DNA of 64,000 nt from contig JAOAJY010000003.1 of the NCBI GenBank assembly GCA_026413965.1, positions 27,727 through 91,726 on the forward strand. The letters run 5' to 3'. Shown piece by piece: positions 56,257 through 64,000 of this stretch. The position numbers were made by a program, and so were the translations under genes. Position 1 is the first letter of the stretch; the number at the start of each line of letters is the position of its first letter. The DNA comes from Candidatus Micrarchaeota archaeon (GTDB lineage Archaea; Micrarchaeota; Micrarchaeia; Anstonellales; Anstonellaceae). Below the pieces are notes generated by a model. That model was not told the DNA's origin. It did not search any database and saw nothing but the letters and a program-made list of their open reading frames with translations.

Positions 56257-56583
56257 GTGCTTGTCAATCTTTTTCTCATCAGCAGGGCCTGCGCCAAAGC
56301 AGGTTATGCTCCCAGGCTCAAGCTGCGTCAGCCCTGCGTCGCTGACAAGCGCGCATGGCACTTCTTTCCTCATGGCATCATACAAAGCCAGAAGCTCCTC
56401 TTGGCTTTTGACTTTTAGCACCACTTTTTTTTGCCCTTCTTGCAGCCACTTGGCGCAAAGCTCAGGATTGCGCTTCAGCGACTGAAGGTACGCCAAAATG
56501 GAGGCGTGGGCAGCCTGCGCTGCCGCTTTCCCTTTCCCCATCCTCAAGTCTGCTCGCATGACAATTGCCTGCTTGGCTGCCAT
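56233..56583 (-). CDS. pth2: Peptidyl-tRNA hydrolase Pth2
   Basis: KQAIVMRADL.MGKGK.AAQAAHA, GQKKVVLK, DAGLTQ, GP. Confidence 0.95.
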   Translation of the reverse strand: MAAKQAIVMRADLRMGKGKAAAQAAHASILAYLQSLKRNPELCAKWLQEGQKKVVLKVKSQEELLALYDAMRKEVPCALVSDAGLTQLEPGSITCFGAGPADEKKIDKHLGNLKLL

Positions 56584-56616
56584 GGAGAATAAAAACAATT
56601 TTGTTTTAATATGCTT

Positions 56617-57666
56617 ATGCTTGATTGGCTGAAAAGCTTCGCTGAAAAAATAGAGCAAAGCGAGTCTGCAAAAATCAGGGCTGCAAAAAAGCTAAGGCAA
56701 GAGGGCTCCGCAGGCAGGCTTCATGGGGCTCTTGAGGAAAAGCTGGTCTACCCGGTGAGCCAGCAGGAGATAAGCGGCAAGATTGCGGCTGTTGACGGCG
56801 GAATTGCCGGAGAGGAGCTTCACGGGTTTGACCTTCTTTTGATGCGCAGCGTGGGAGTGGTATTTGAATACGGCAAATCCCGCATAATTTCCCATTCATA
56901 TTTTCCTTCTTCCCGCCCGCCGATTGAATATGACATGAGAAGCGGGCTGGACAGCCACGAGGTTATTTGGCACAAATCCCTCTTCAGGCTCAAAGGCGAG
57001 CTGGGCTGCGCAGCCTCGCTTATAGAAAAGCATTCCCCAGCCGCTCTTCTTCTTGACGGCTCAATAGCCCCGCTGCTTTCAGACAAGCCCTCAGAGGAAT
57101 CGGAGATGCGGCAGCTTTACCAGGAAGTTTTGCATTCTTACACCAGGCTTTACCAGACCGCATGGTCGCGCCAATGCCTGCTTTTGGGCATAATAAAGGA
57201 CAGCAGAAGCAAAAGGTTCATGGAGCTTTTGAGCAAAAGCCTGGATGGAGAGGAAGGGCTGCGCCACACCACAGACACCTCTTTCCTTTTCTTTCTGCTT
57301 GAGGCTGGGGAGAGGACATGCGCATTCACCTATTCCTCTTCCCCCTCAAGCCACCAGATACTCAAAGATTTGGGTGGGTGGTCAGAGAAGATACTTTCCT
57401 TTTACCTTAAGCCTGTTGAGGAAGACCGGCCTTTGCGGGTTGAGTTTCTTGCTGGGCAAAAGGCATTTGGAGAGGTGGCAAGCCTGGTGCATTCCCTTTC
57501 ATGCATGCACAAGGCTTACGCTTATCCTGCAGCGCTGATAGAGGCAGACCTCAGAGCTGCGCTGCGGGAGGAGGAGGCGGATGGGGCTTATGCCAAGCTT
57601 TTCTTCCGGCTTGGGAAAAGAGCCTCGCTTTACAGGCTCAGAAGGAACAGCCGCCCCTTCAGGTGA
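56617..57666 (+). CDS. nurA: NurA 5'-3' nuclease
   Basis: AAVDGG, LLDGSI, GIIKDS, PLRVEF, YPAALIEAD. Confidence 0.88.
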   Translation: MLDWLKSFAEKIEQSESAKIRAAKKLRQEGSAGRLHGALEEKLVYPVSQQEISGKIAAVDGGIAGEELHGFDLLLMRSVGVVFEYGKSRIISHSYFPSSRPPIEYDMRSGLDSHEVIWHKSLFRLKGELGCAASLIEKHSPAALLLDGSIAPLLSDKPSEESEMRQLYQEVLHSYTRLYQTAWSRQCLLLGIIKDSRSKRFMELLSKSLDGEEGLRHTTDTSFLFFLLEAGERTCAFTYSSSPSSHQILKDLGGWSEKILSFYLKPVEEDRPLRVEFLAGQKAFGEVASLVHSLSCMHKAYAYPAALIEADLRAALREEEADGAYAKLFFRLGKRASLYRLRRNSRPFR

Positions 57667-57706
57667 TTGATAACAAATAAAAACAGCGCCTGCAAGAAGG
57701 GAAAGC

Positions 57707-57901
57707 ATGGACTGGATAGGAAGACCTGTGGAAGAAGGCAAGGTGTATGAGGTAGTTGTTGAAGCCAAGGGCGCGCGCGGGGACGGAATTGCCCATGTGG
57801 AAGGCTTTGTGGTGTTTGTCCCCAACGCAATTGTGGGCGAAAAAATCAAGGTGAAAATAACTTCTGTCAAAAGGACTTTTGCAGTAGGGGAGAAGGTTTG
57901 A
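57707..57901 (+). CDS. Single TRAM domain RNA-binding protein
   Basis: PVEEG, GDGIA..EGFVVFVP, FAVGE. Confidence 0.93.
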   Translation: MDWIGRPVEEGKVYEVVVEAKGARGDGIAHVEGFVVFVPNAIVGEKIKVKITSVKRTFAVGEKV

Positions 57902-57911
57902 GGAAAGGCAA

Positions 57912-59663
57912 ATGTGCGGCATAATCGGATACATTGGCTACAGGAAAGCTTCTGAGGTCATTTTGGAGGGCTTGCGCAAGCTGGAATACCGAGGGTATGA
58001 CTCAGCAGGCATTGCGACTCTGAGCGGCAAGATACAGCTGATAAAGGATGCAGGCAGGCTGGATGAGATTCACCGGAGAAGGAATTTCCTTCAGCTTGAA
58101 GGCACAATAGGCATAGGGCACACCAGGTGGGCAACGCATGGAGGGGTGAGCCAAAAGAATGCGCATCCGCATTCTGATTCTCATGGGAAGATTTTCCTTG
58201 TGCACAACGGCGTGATTGAGAACTTTGAGGAGCTTAGGGCAAGCCTTTCCAAGAAAGGGCACAGGTTTTCCTCTGAGACTGACACTGAGGCGATAGCCCA
58301 TCTTGTAGAGGAGGAGCTGAAGAAAGAGAAGGACTTTGGGAAAGCCTTCTCAAATGCCATTTCCATGCTCAAAGGCACATGGTCTGTGGTCTGCATAAGC
58401 GAGGGAGAGGAGGCAATACACGCATCAAGGAATGGTCCGCCGCTGGTGATAGGGATAGGGGAAGGAGAGATGTTTTGCGCCTCGGATGTGCCTGCCTTGC
58501 TTGCATACACAAAAAAAGTGGTTTTCCTGGAGGACGGCGACCGGGCAGTCATAAAAAAAGGCGGCTTTGAGATTTTCAGCGGCTCAAAAAGAGTTCGAAG
58601 GAAAATCCACAGCATAAATTGGAGCGCGCAGATGGCAGAGAAAGGAGGATACCCCCACTTCATGCTCAAGGAGATAAGCGAGCAGCCTGCCAAAATACGC
58701 GAGGCTCTGTCCGCAGATGTGGATGAGGCAGCAGCCATCCTTGGCGGGCAGGAGCATTTCACTGTGGTTGCCTGCGGAAGCTCCTATTATGCAGGCCTGG
58801 TGTTCAAAAGCATAGCGCAAAGCATCTTGGGGGTGCCATGCGAGGTCATCCTTGGCTCTGAATTCCAATACGCCCGGACCGGCAAGGAAAAGGTGGTCAT
58901 AGCCATAAGCCAGTCTGGAGAGACTGCGGACACCCTTTCTGCAGCCAGGCTTGCCAAATCAAGCGGAGCCAAAGTGGTGGCGATAACCAATGTGCTGGGA
59001 AGCTCGCTTTACCGTGAGGCAGATGCCTCTGTGATGATAGGCGCAGGCCCTGAGCTTTCGGTGGTGGCAACCAAGTCATTCACATGCCAGGTGGCAGTGC
59101 TGGCAAAAATCGCGCTGGCTTTGGGCAAAAGAGAAAAAGAGCTTGAAAGGCTGCAGGGGGTTTCGGAGAAGATTGAGAAGGTGCTTGAAAGCCAATCCAA
59201 GATAAAAAAGCTTGCGGACAGGCTCAGCCGGTTCAAAGATTTCTTCTACATAGGCAGAGGCATGGCATTCCCTTCAGCCCTTGAGGGAGCTCTTAAGCTC
59301 AAGGAGATAACTTATCTGCATGCCGAGGCTTATGCAGCAGGCGAGCTGAAGCATGGGCCGCTTTCGCTTCTGGACAAAAATGTGGTGGTCGTCGCGCTTG
59401 CGCCAGCAGACAGCTCTTTCCCAAAAACAATGTCCAATGTGCAGGAGTGCCTAGCCAGGAATGCCAACCTGGTGGTTTTGTCAGACAGCAAGCAGGCTCT
59501 TGGGAAAGCCAAGCTCAGCCTGGCTGTACCAAAGGCAGAAGGCGCAGAGATACCCTTGGTTTATTCTGTGCCCTTGCAGCTTCTTGCTTACTATCTTGCT
59601 GTCAAGCTCAAACGCGACCCGGACAAGCCGCGCAACCTTGCAAAATCAGTCACTGTGGAGTAG
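57912..59663 (+). CDS. glmS: Glutamine--fructose-6-phosphate aminotransferase
   Basis: MCGIIG, EYRGYDSAG, GHTRWATHG, SQSGETAD, PRNLAKSVTVE. Confidence 0.97.
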   Translation: MCGIIGYIGYRKASEVILEGLRKLEYRGYDSAGIATLSGKIQLIKDAGRLDEIHRRRNFLQLEGTIGIGHTRWATHGGVSQKNAHPHSDSHGKIFLVHNGVIENFEELRASLSKKGHRFSSETDTEAIAHLVEEELKKEKDFGKAFSNAISMLKGTWSVVCISEGEEAIHASRNGPPLVIGIGEGEMFCASDVPALLAYTKKVVFLEDGDRAVIKKGGFEIFSGSKRVRRKIHSINWSAQMAEKGGYPHFMLKEISEQPAKIREALSADVDEAAAILGGQEHFTVVACGSSYYAGLVFKSIAQSILGVPCEVILGSEFQYARTGKEKVVIAISQSGETADTLSAARLAKSSGAKVVAITNVLGSSLYREADASVMIGAGPELSVVATKSFTCQVAVLAKIALALGKREKELERLQGVSEKIEKVLESQSKIKKLADRLSRFKDFFYIGRGMAFPSALEGALKLKEITYLHAEAYAAGELKHGPLSLLDKNVVVVALAPADSSFPKTMSNVQECLARNANLVVLSDSKQALGKAKLSLAVPKAEGAEIPLVYSVPLQLLAYYLAVKLKRDPDKPRNLAKSVTVE

Positions 59664-59664
59664 G

Positions 59665-60171
59665 TCATCTCCAAACAAACACGCGCATCCTGGCAGGCCG
59701 CATCTTGCCAGAAGAATCTTGGATGGACACCCCTCTGTGCGCCACTGCAACCTCCCTTCCGGAATCATATGTGCAGTTCCCCATGCGCTTTATTGGGAGG
59801 TTGTCCTCTGTGTATTCCAAAAGGATGCAATACTCTGCCGGAGCCCTCATTATTTTGCCTGAGCCAGCATAATTGTTGGCTATCCAATAATCCAGCTTGT
59901 CCAGCTTTGACCGGTTGATCTGGTTTGAGAATCCGGAAGCTATCCCAAACTGCTTCACATCATTCAAGGAAGAGGCGGACTGCCATCCAGAAGGAACTCC
60001 CGGAGAAAGCAAAGACTCTGCCATCCGCATGGCGCCTGGATGGAGAGGCAGCATTCGCGATTCTGCTGCTTGCTGCGCTCCATACCAGTAGCCCATAAGG
60101 GAAGCCATTGCGACTGCCATTATGACTGTGGCAACCACAGCGTCAAATGAAAAATACTGGCCTTTCAGCAT
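59665..60171 (-). CDS. Class III signal peptide (prepilin-like) protein
   Basis: KG|QYFSFD followed by a hydrophobic helix; LLSPGVP..W motif. Confidence 0.8.
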   Translation of the reverse strand: MLKGQYFSFDAVVATVIMAVAMASLMGYWYGAQQAAESRMLPLHPGAMRMAESLLSPGVPSGWQSASSLNDVKQFGIASGFSNQINRSKLDKLDYWIANNYAGSGKIMRAPAEYCILLEYTEDNLPIKRMGNCTYDSGREVAVAHRGVSIQDSSGKMRPARMRVFVWR

Positions 60172-60683
60172 GATGCTGCCCTCCCGAAAGTGATGTTCCC
60201 TGCCTGGTTTGAGATATTAAGGCAGGAAACTGTGCTGTTTATCTCTATGAAATCCCCGCTATAGCCTATTCCTGAGCCTAAGGAAGATATCCCGAAAGAT
60301 GCTGTTATGGCTGGGGCTGAGACTGAGGATTTTCCGCTGTTCCAATTCACATAGACAAACCCTGTCTCATTCTGCGCCTGCTGCCCGTATGCGCGGCTCA
60401 CCATAAACTGGTAGTTTTTCCCAAGCAAATCCGGAGGGATCCGAACGGTGTGCCAAAAACCGTCCCCTGCCACAAATGCCACGTTTATTTGGTCGGAAAG
60501 CTGGTATGCGATTTGCTGAGCATAAGCATTCTCGGCTTTGGCAATCTCTTGGGATTGCAGATAGAAAAAAATCGCTATTGAAAGCAGAAGCATCAGCAAA
60601 AACAGCACAGAATAGGATATGACCTCCACTGCAGCCTGCCCTATGCTGCATCTGGAAGCTGCTGGAATGGAAGCATCACCCAT
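60165..60683 (-). CDS. Class III signal peptide (type IV pilin-like) protein
   Basis: G|QAAVE followed by a hydrophobic helix; AGDGF. Confidence 0.8.
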   Translation of the reverse strand: MGDASIPAASRCSIGQAAVEVISYSVLFLLMLLLSIAIFFYLQSQEIAKAENAYAQQIAYQLSDQINVAFVAGDGFWHTVRIPPDLLGKNYQFMVSRAYGQQAQNETGFVYVNWNSGKSSVSAPAITASFGISSLGSGIGYSGDFIEINSTVSCLNISNQAGNITFGRAASC

Positions 60684-61116
60684 ATCTCACCACGACCGCG
60701 CCAAGCGAATGATTGTAGAACAAGTCTATCCTTTGCGGGCCGGCGTTCCTCCTTCCAGAGAGATTGCCGGTTATGTTGGCAAATGCCGGGCTTGCCACAT
60801 CTGTCCTTCTTCCGCCCACATCCATCGTCAAGACCACCAATCCTCCTTCCACAGCCCCATCCGCCACTCCGCTTGGGTAATTGACTGTGATTGACTTTTT
60901 GGAGCCAGGACCCTGAAGATACACTTCTCCTGCCTCATCAGATATTATCCTTGCGGCTATTCTTGCCTGCTCAAGCGAGGATTTGCCAGCCTCTTCTCCT
61001 GACATGGAAAGGAAAAGCAAAGCCAAAGGGATGATGAAAAGCAGCACGAATGCCACAAAGACCAGCATCTCCACAGCCGCCTGCCCTGAAACATGTGATC
61101 TTTCCATCTGCACCAC
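60676..61116 (-). CDS. Class III signal peptide (type IV pilin-like) protein
   Basis: G|QAAVE followed by a hydrophobic helix; VYLQGPGS. Confidence 0.82.
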   Translation of the reverse strand: MVQMERSHVSGQAAVEMLVFVAFVLLFIIPLALLFLSMSGEEAGKSSLEQARIAARIISDEAGEVYLQGPGSKKSITVNYPSGVADGAVEGGLVVLTMDVGGRRTDVASPAFANITGNLSGRRNAGPQRIDLFYNHSLGAVVVRYG

Positions 61117-62784
61117 TCAGCTGCACGGAGCCATCCTGGGGAACCTGCTGTCCACATTGCAGGCAGTCAGGTTCAGCCCATACCTTGCGACATCCTCGTT
61201 CCTAAGCCTGAAAAATCCTACCCCTATTTGGTTGGGGTCATTTGAGCTGCACATGTCTTTGCTTTTGCACCCCATCATGCCTTTTATCCTCGGGGTTAAT
61301 GCTTCCGTCTGGGGAGGATAGGTGGAGTAGAAAACCCAGTCCAGCTTGGTGAGCCTCTGGTGCTGGCCGCCATTTGAGGCGTCATCTGAGCCTCCTGCCC
61401 ATCTGCCGACCAAAAATGACTCTATGCCGTAATCGCTTCGCAGCGAGCCTGCATCGCTTGACACCCCTGCCTGAGCAAGCATGCGCTGGAAGAAAGAAGG
61501 CGCAAGGGGAGATTCCACGTAAAATCCGCATATGGAAGCATCCCTTATTGCGCTCATGTCCCAGATATGATGGTGGTCTGCGTCATCAAGAGCCTCTTCT
61601 GGAGTCTCCTTTGGATTGTCAATAAGGATATACCTTTGGCTTCTGAGCCCTTGGCGCGCAACTTGGGGAATGCGGGAAAGCCAGGCTGAGCCGTCGGTTG
61701 CCATATACGGGGAAGAGGTTTTGTTGCGCACTTCAGGCGCCTTTGCGCACCCAGGCTGGCTGGAGAAATAGCGAGTGACGCAGTTGAGGCATTTGGTCTC
61801 GCTTCGGGCTGTGAACTGGCATCCTGTGTCCGGGTCGGTGTAGTTGTAATACTCATATTCTGGAAGATTGGTGATGACCACTGCTCCGAAAAGCGGAGCA
61901 TATGAGCTTATGTTTTCGTCCCAATTCTTCACCAGTATCATCTGGGATAGGGGCTGTTCCAAATCATCTGGCGAGCTGGGATAGTCGGTCATCACTGCGC
62001 CATAGAACCACCCGAATCCGCGGGTCCCGTTGAAGGCATTTTTCGGAGCCAAATCAGAGGGGAAGCGGTAAAGAGGATTCCTGAAAATCTGCTTGGAGGC
62101 TGCAAGCCCGGAGGGCACCCCTCTTCTTGCCATGTCGTTCCTGTGTACGAACGGGTCGGGCATTCCGACAATTGAGAAGCTTGAATTGGCCTTCAGCTTT
62201 TTGCTCTGCCTAAGGGTGTTCTCAAAATCAGATATGTTCAAGTCCATCTCAAAAGAAACCCCTACGGTCCAGGCATCTTTTTGGGAAATTTTCATGTTGT
62301 AAGGCTCAGAGAAAGACACTGAAAAGCCTGTTGCCGCCGCGGCTGAGCGCATTTTTTGCTTCCATGACTCTATTGTGTATGCCTCAAACTCCTCTTGCGA
62401 GTAATTGAGGGGAGGAGCCAGCGCGGTGGTGCCGTTTCTCATAAGCGAAAGGATGGCTTTCTCCACCTCGCCTGTCTGCGGATTTTTTGGGTCTGACGAT
62501 TGGGAAGATGCCAAGCCCGCTCCTGCTTGGGAGGAGTAATTGGCTAGCTTGAACGTGGCATAAAAGGCAGAGGCGTTCGCGAAATCCGAAATGGACTTGT
62601 CGGATATGGAGGAGAGCGCCAGCCTGGTGGCCTCTCCCTTGAAGCGCTGGGCTTGCCTTTGGTCAGACTGCTCCAAAGCCCGAACCCAAATCTGCACTGT
62701 GAAAAGCATGAAAGACAAAATCACAAGCGCCATCACTGTGAAGAAAAACCCTTTGGAAAATCTCTGCGCCATCGCATCACGCAT
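61117..62784 (-). CDS. Large prepilin-like/adhesin protein
   Basis: KG|FFFT followed by a hydrophobic helix; SIVGMPDP, APSFFQRM, GIESFL motifs. Confidence 0.78.
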   Translation of the reverse strand: MRDAMAQRFSKGFFFTVMALVILSFMLFTVQIWVRALEQSDQRQAQRFKGEATRLALSSISDKSISDFANASAFYATFKLANYSSQAGAGLASSQSSDPKNPQTGEVEKAILSLMRNGTTALAPPLNYSQEEFEAYTIESWKQKMRSAAAATGFSVSFSEPYNMKISQKDAWTVGVSFEMDLNISDFENTLRQSKKLKANSSFSIVGMPDPFVHRNDMARRGVPSGLAASKQIFRNPLYRFPSDLAPKNAFNGTRGFGWFYGAVMTDYPSSPDDLEQPLSQMILVKNWDENISSYAPLFGAVVITNLPEYEYYNYTDPDTGCQFTARSETKCLNCVTRYFSSQPGCAKAPEVRNKTSSPYMATDGSAWLSRIPQVARQGLRSQRYILIDNPKETPEEALDDADHHHIWDMSAIRDASICGFYVESPLAPSFFQRMLAQAGVSSDAGSLRSDYGIESFLVGRWAGGSDDASNGGQHQRLTKLDWVFYSTYPPQTEALTPRIKGMMGCKSKDMCSSNDPNQIGVGFFRLRNEDVARYGLNLTACNVDSRFPRMAPCS

Positions 62785-63400
62785 ATACCACCAAGCGTAT
62801 CAGCTGGATGGTGTTCTTTCCTTGCTGGAAATTTGAGGTTGGCGAATCGCAAGGCGTTGTGTTGCAAGGATATGCCGGCCCTGCGGGAGTGTAGCCGAAG
62901 CAGCTTATGTAGCAGAATGGAGAGGCTCCAGGATTCGGAGGCACATCATAAAGGGAGGCAAAAACTGTGGCGGATGCCTGGACTTTGGAGAAGGATTTTC
63001 CGTACCTGTCTGAAAGCGGGTCCCTGCCAGAGTCATACGCGGTGAAGACAGGATTTGCCGGGTCGTTGAAGTTGTAGAACTGCAGCTTGTAGGCATAGCC
63101 TTGCGGTATTATGCCGCGATGCGAAGAATTGCCGCCTGCGACTTTGAACATTATCTGGCGCAAGGCAGAAGGGTTGTTCCTGTTGGCTACTGCGCTTTCA
63201 AGATAAGTTGGGCCGCCTTGCGATTCTGATGTTGTGGCCATGACCTGCAGAGTGTCATGCGCAAGCTGGCGGGCTTGCTCAAGATAGGGGAAGTATGGCT
63301 TGGGCGTTCCAAGGCTGAACATAAGGACGCTTATGGAAAGCATGATGAGGGTGAATGCCACGAAAGCGTCAAGGGAAAATATGAAGCCAAGCAGGCGCAT
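62777..63400 (-). CDS. Class III signal peptide protein
   Basis: MRLLG|FIFSLDA followed by a hydrophobic helix; TATA (TTTTATAT) about 20 nt upstream. Confidence 0.78.
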   Translation of the reverse strand: MRLLGFIFSLDAFVAFTLIMLSISVLMFSLGTPKPYFPYLEQARQLAHDTLQVMATTSESQGGPTYLESAVANRNNPSALRQIMFKVAGGNSSHRGIIPQGYAYKLQFYNFNDPANPVFTAYDSGRDPLSDRYGKSFSKVQASATVFASLYDVPPNPGASPFCYISCFGYTPAGPAYPCNTTPCDSPTSNFQQGKNTIQLIRLVVYA

Positions 63401-63468
63401 GCAGTTAGATTGGCTCAAAGGATATAAAATGGTTGAGGAGCCGTCGCTTGCCGGCAGAAAAGGCAAAA

Positions 63469-63557
63469 TGCGACCGCCGGGATTTCCATCATGCGATTTT
63501 GAACCCGGCCCGCGAGATTGGCAATCTCGAATCCTAACCAGGCTAGACTACGGTCGC
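63469..63557 (-). tRNA. tRNA-Gly(GCC) with a 15-nt T-loop intron (63483-63497)
   Basis: Acceptor GCGACCG/CGGTCGC, anticodon arm CGAGA-TTGCCAA-TCTCG, TTCAAA-[ATCGCATGATGGAAA]-TCCCGG. Confidence 0.93.
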
Positions 63558-63591
63558 AGCCTACAACAAATAATGAAATGAGTTTAAAAGA

Positions 63592-63667
<76 letters not shown>

Positions 63668-63723
63668 TTGCTTTAGGCTTTATGCAGCCTTGCTTTAATA
63701 AAATTTTCCAGCTGAAAGCCACC

Positions 63724-64000
63724 ATGAAGCATTTGCATGCTGCTGGGCTGGAGCTTAGCCCTGATTTTGCGGCCAGGCTGGGCAAAAAAGCCTCTGAGGC
63801 TGACTTCTCAACCTACAGCAGAAAGCAAGGAGACGAAGTGCTGTGCGTGTATCATCCGGCAAAATACCCTGGCAAAATACAGCCGCTTTTGTATTGCCTT
63901 TCGCTTTGCGATGTGGCATACATTCGGCCAGAAGCGATTGGCAAGACTGCTGGCGAAATGCTTGTCGCAGCCGCGCATTTTCCAGCAAAGCTTATTGTGG
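63724..64000 (+). CDS. SelB-like (degenerate EF-Tu family) protein, N-terminal part; runs off the window end
   Basis: MKHLHAAG...AARLGKKASEADFSTY...PAKYPGKIQPLL...GEMLVA, matching the GKKGT.SD.T.Y / P..YP.KI..L pattern of archaeal SelB-like proteins. Confidence 0.7.
   Translation, partial: MKHLHAAGLELSPDFAARLGKKASEADFSTYSRKQGDEVLCVYHPAKYPGKIQPLLYCLSLCDVAYIRPEAIGKTAGEMLVAAAHFPAKLIV

Noticed and set aside
63724..64000. Selenocysteine system suggested by the SelB-like gene
   Set aside because: Degenerate SelB-like proteins occur without Sec; no tRNA-Sec, SECIS or in-frame TGA selenoprotein was seen

Overview
Gene-dense archaeal chromosomal segment, most consistent with a DPANN lineage such as Micrarchaeota. 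This is inferred from the archaeal housekeeping set, many tRNA introns at non-canonical sites, leaderless-type TATA spacing, and DPANN-style Cys-rich and class III signal-peptide surface proteins. It carries the 5' part of the A-type ATP synthase operon (H-I-K-E), AsnRS, GluRS, lipid enzymes (GGR, IDI-2), a non-oxidative pentose phosphate cluster, RNA-processing genes (CCA enzyme, ThpR, archease, NMD3, Pth2), a purB-glyA-folD-folC-[5-FCL/PurN fusion] folate/purine operon, a five-gene prepilin cluster and six tRNA genes with seven introns, four of them in the T-loop. The most unusual candidates are: (i) a PvdF-like formyltransferase + ArgE-like deacylase + wHTH operon beside a LysM-like regulator and the formyl-THF supply genes; (ii) a helical-repeat protein with a clan-CD (caspase/gingipain-like) His-Cys dyad paired with a divergent orphan; (iii) three unannotated structured-RNA candidates; (iv) a low-GC gene bracketed by a decayed copy of the tRNA-Trp 5' end; (v) a shared Cys-Leu-Pro C-terminal sorting motif. 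No CRISPR array, rRNA, transposase or integrase was seen. All family assignments come from motif recognition by eye, not database searches.
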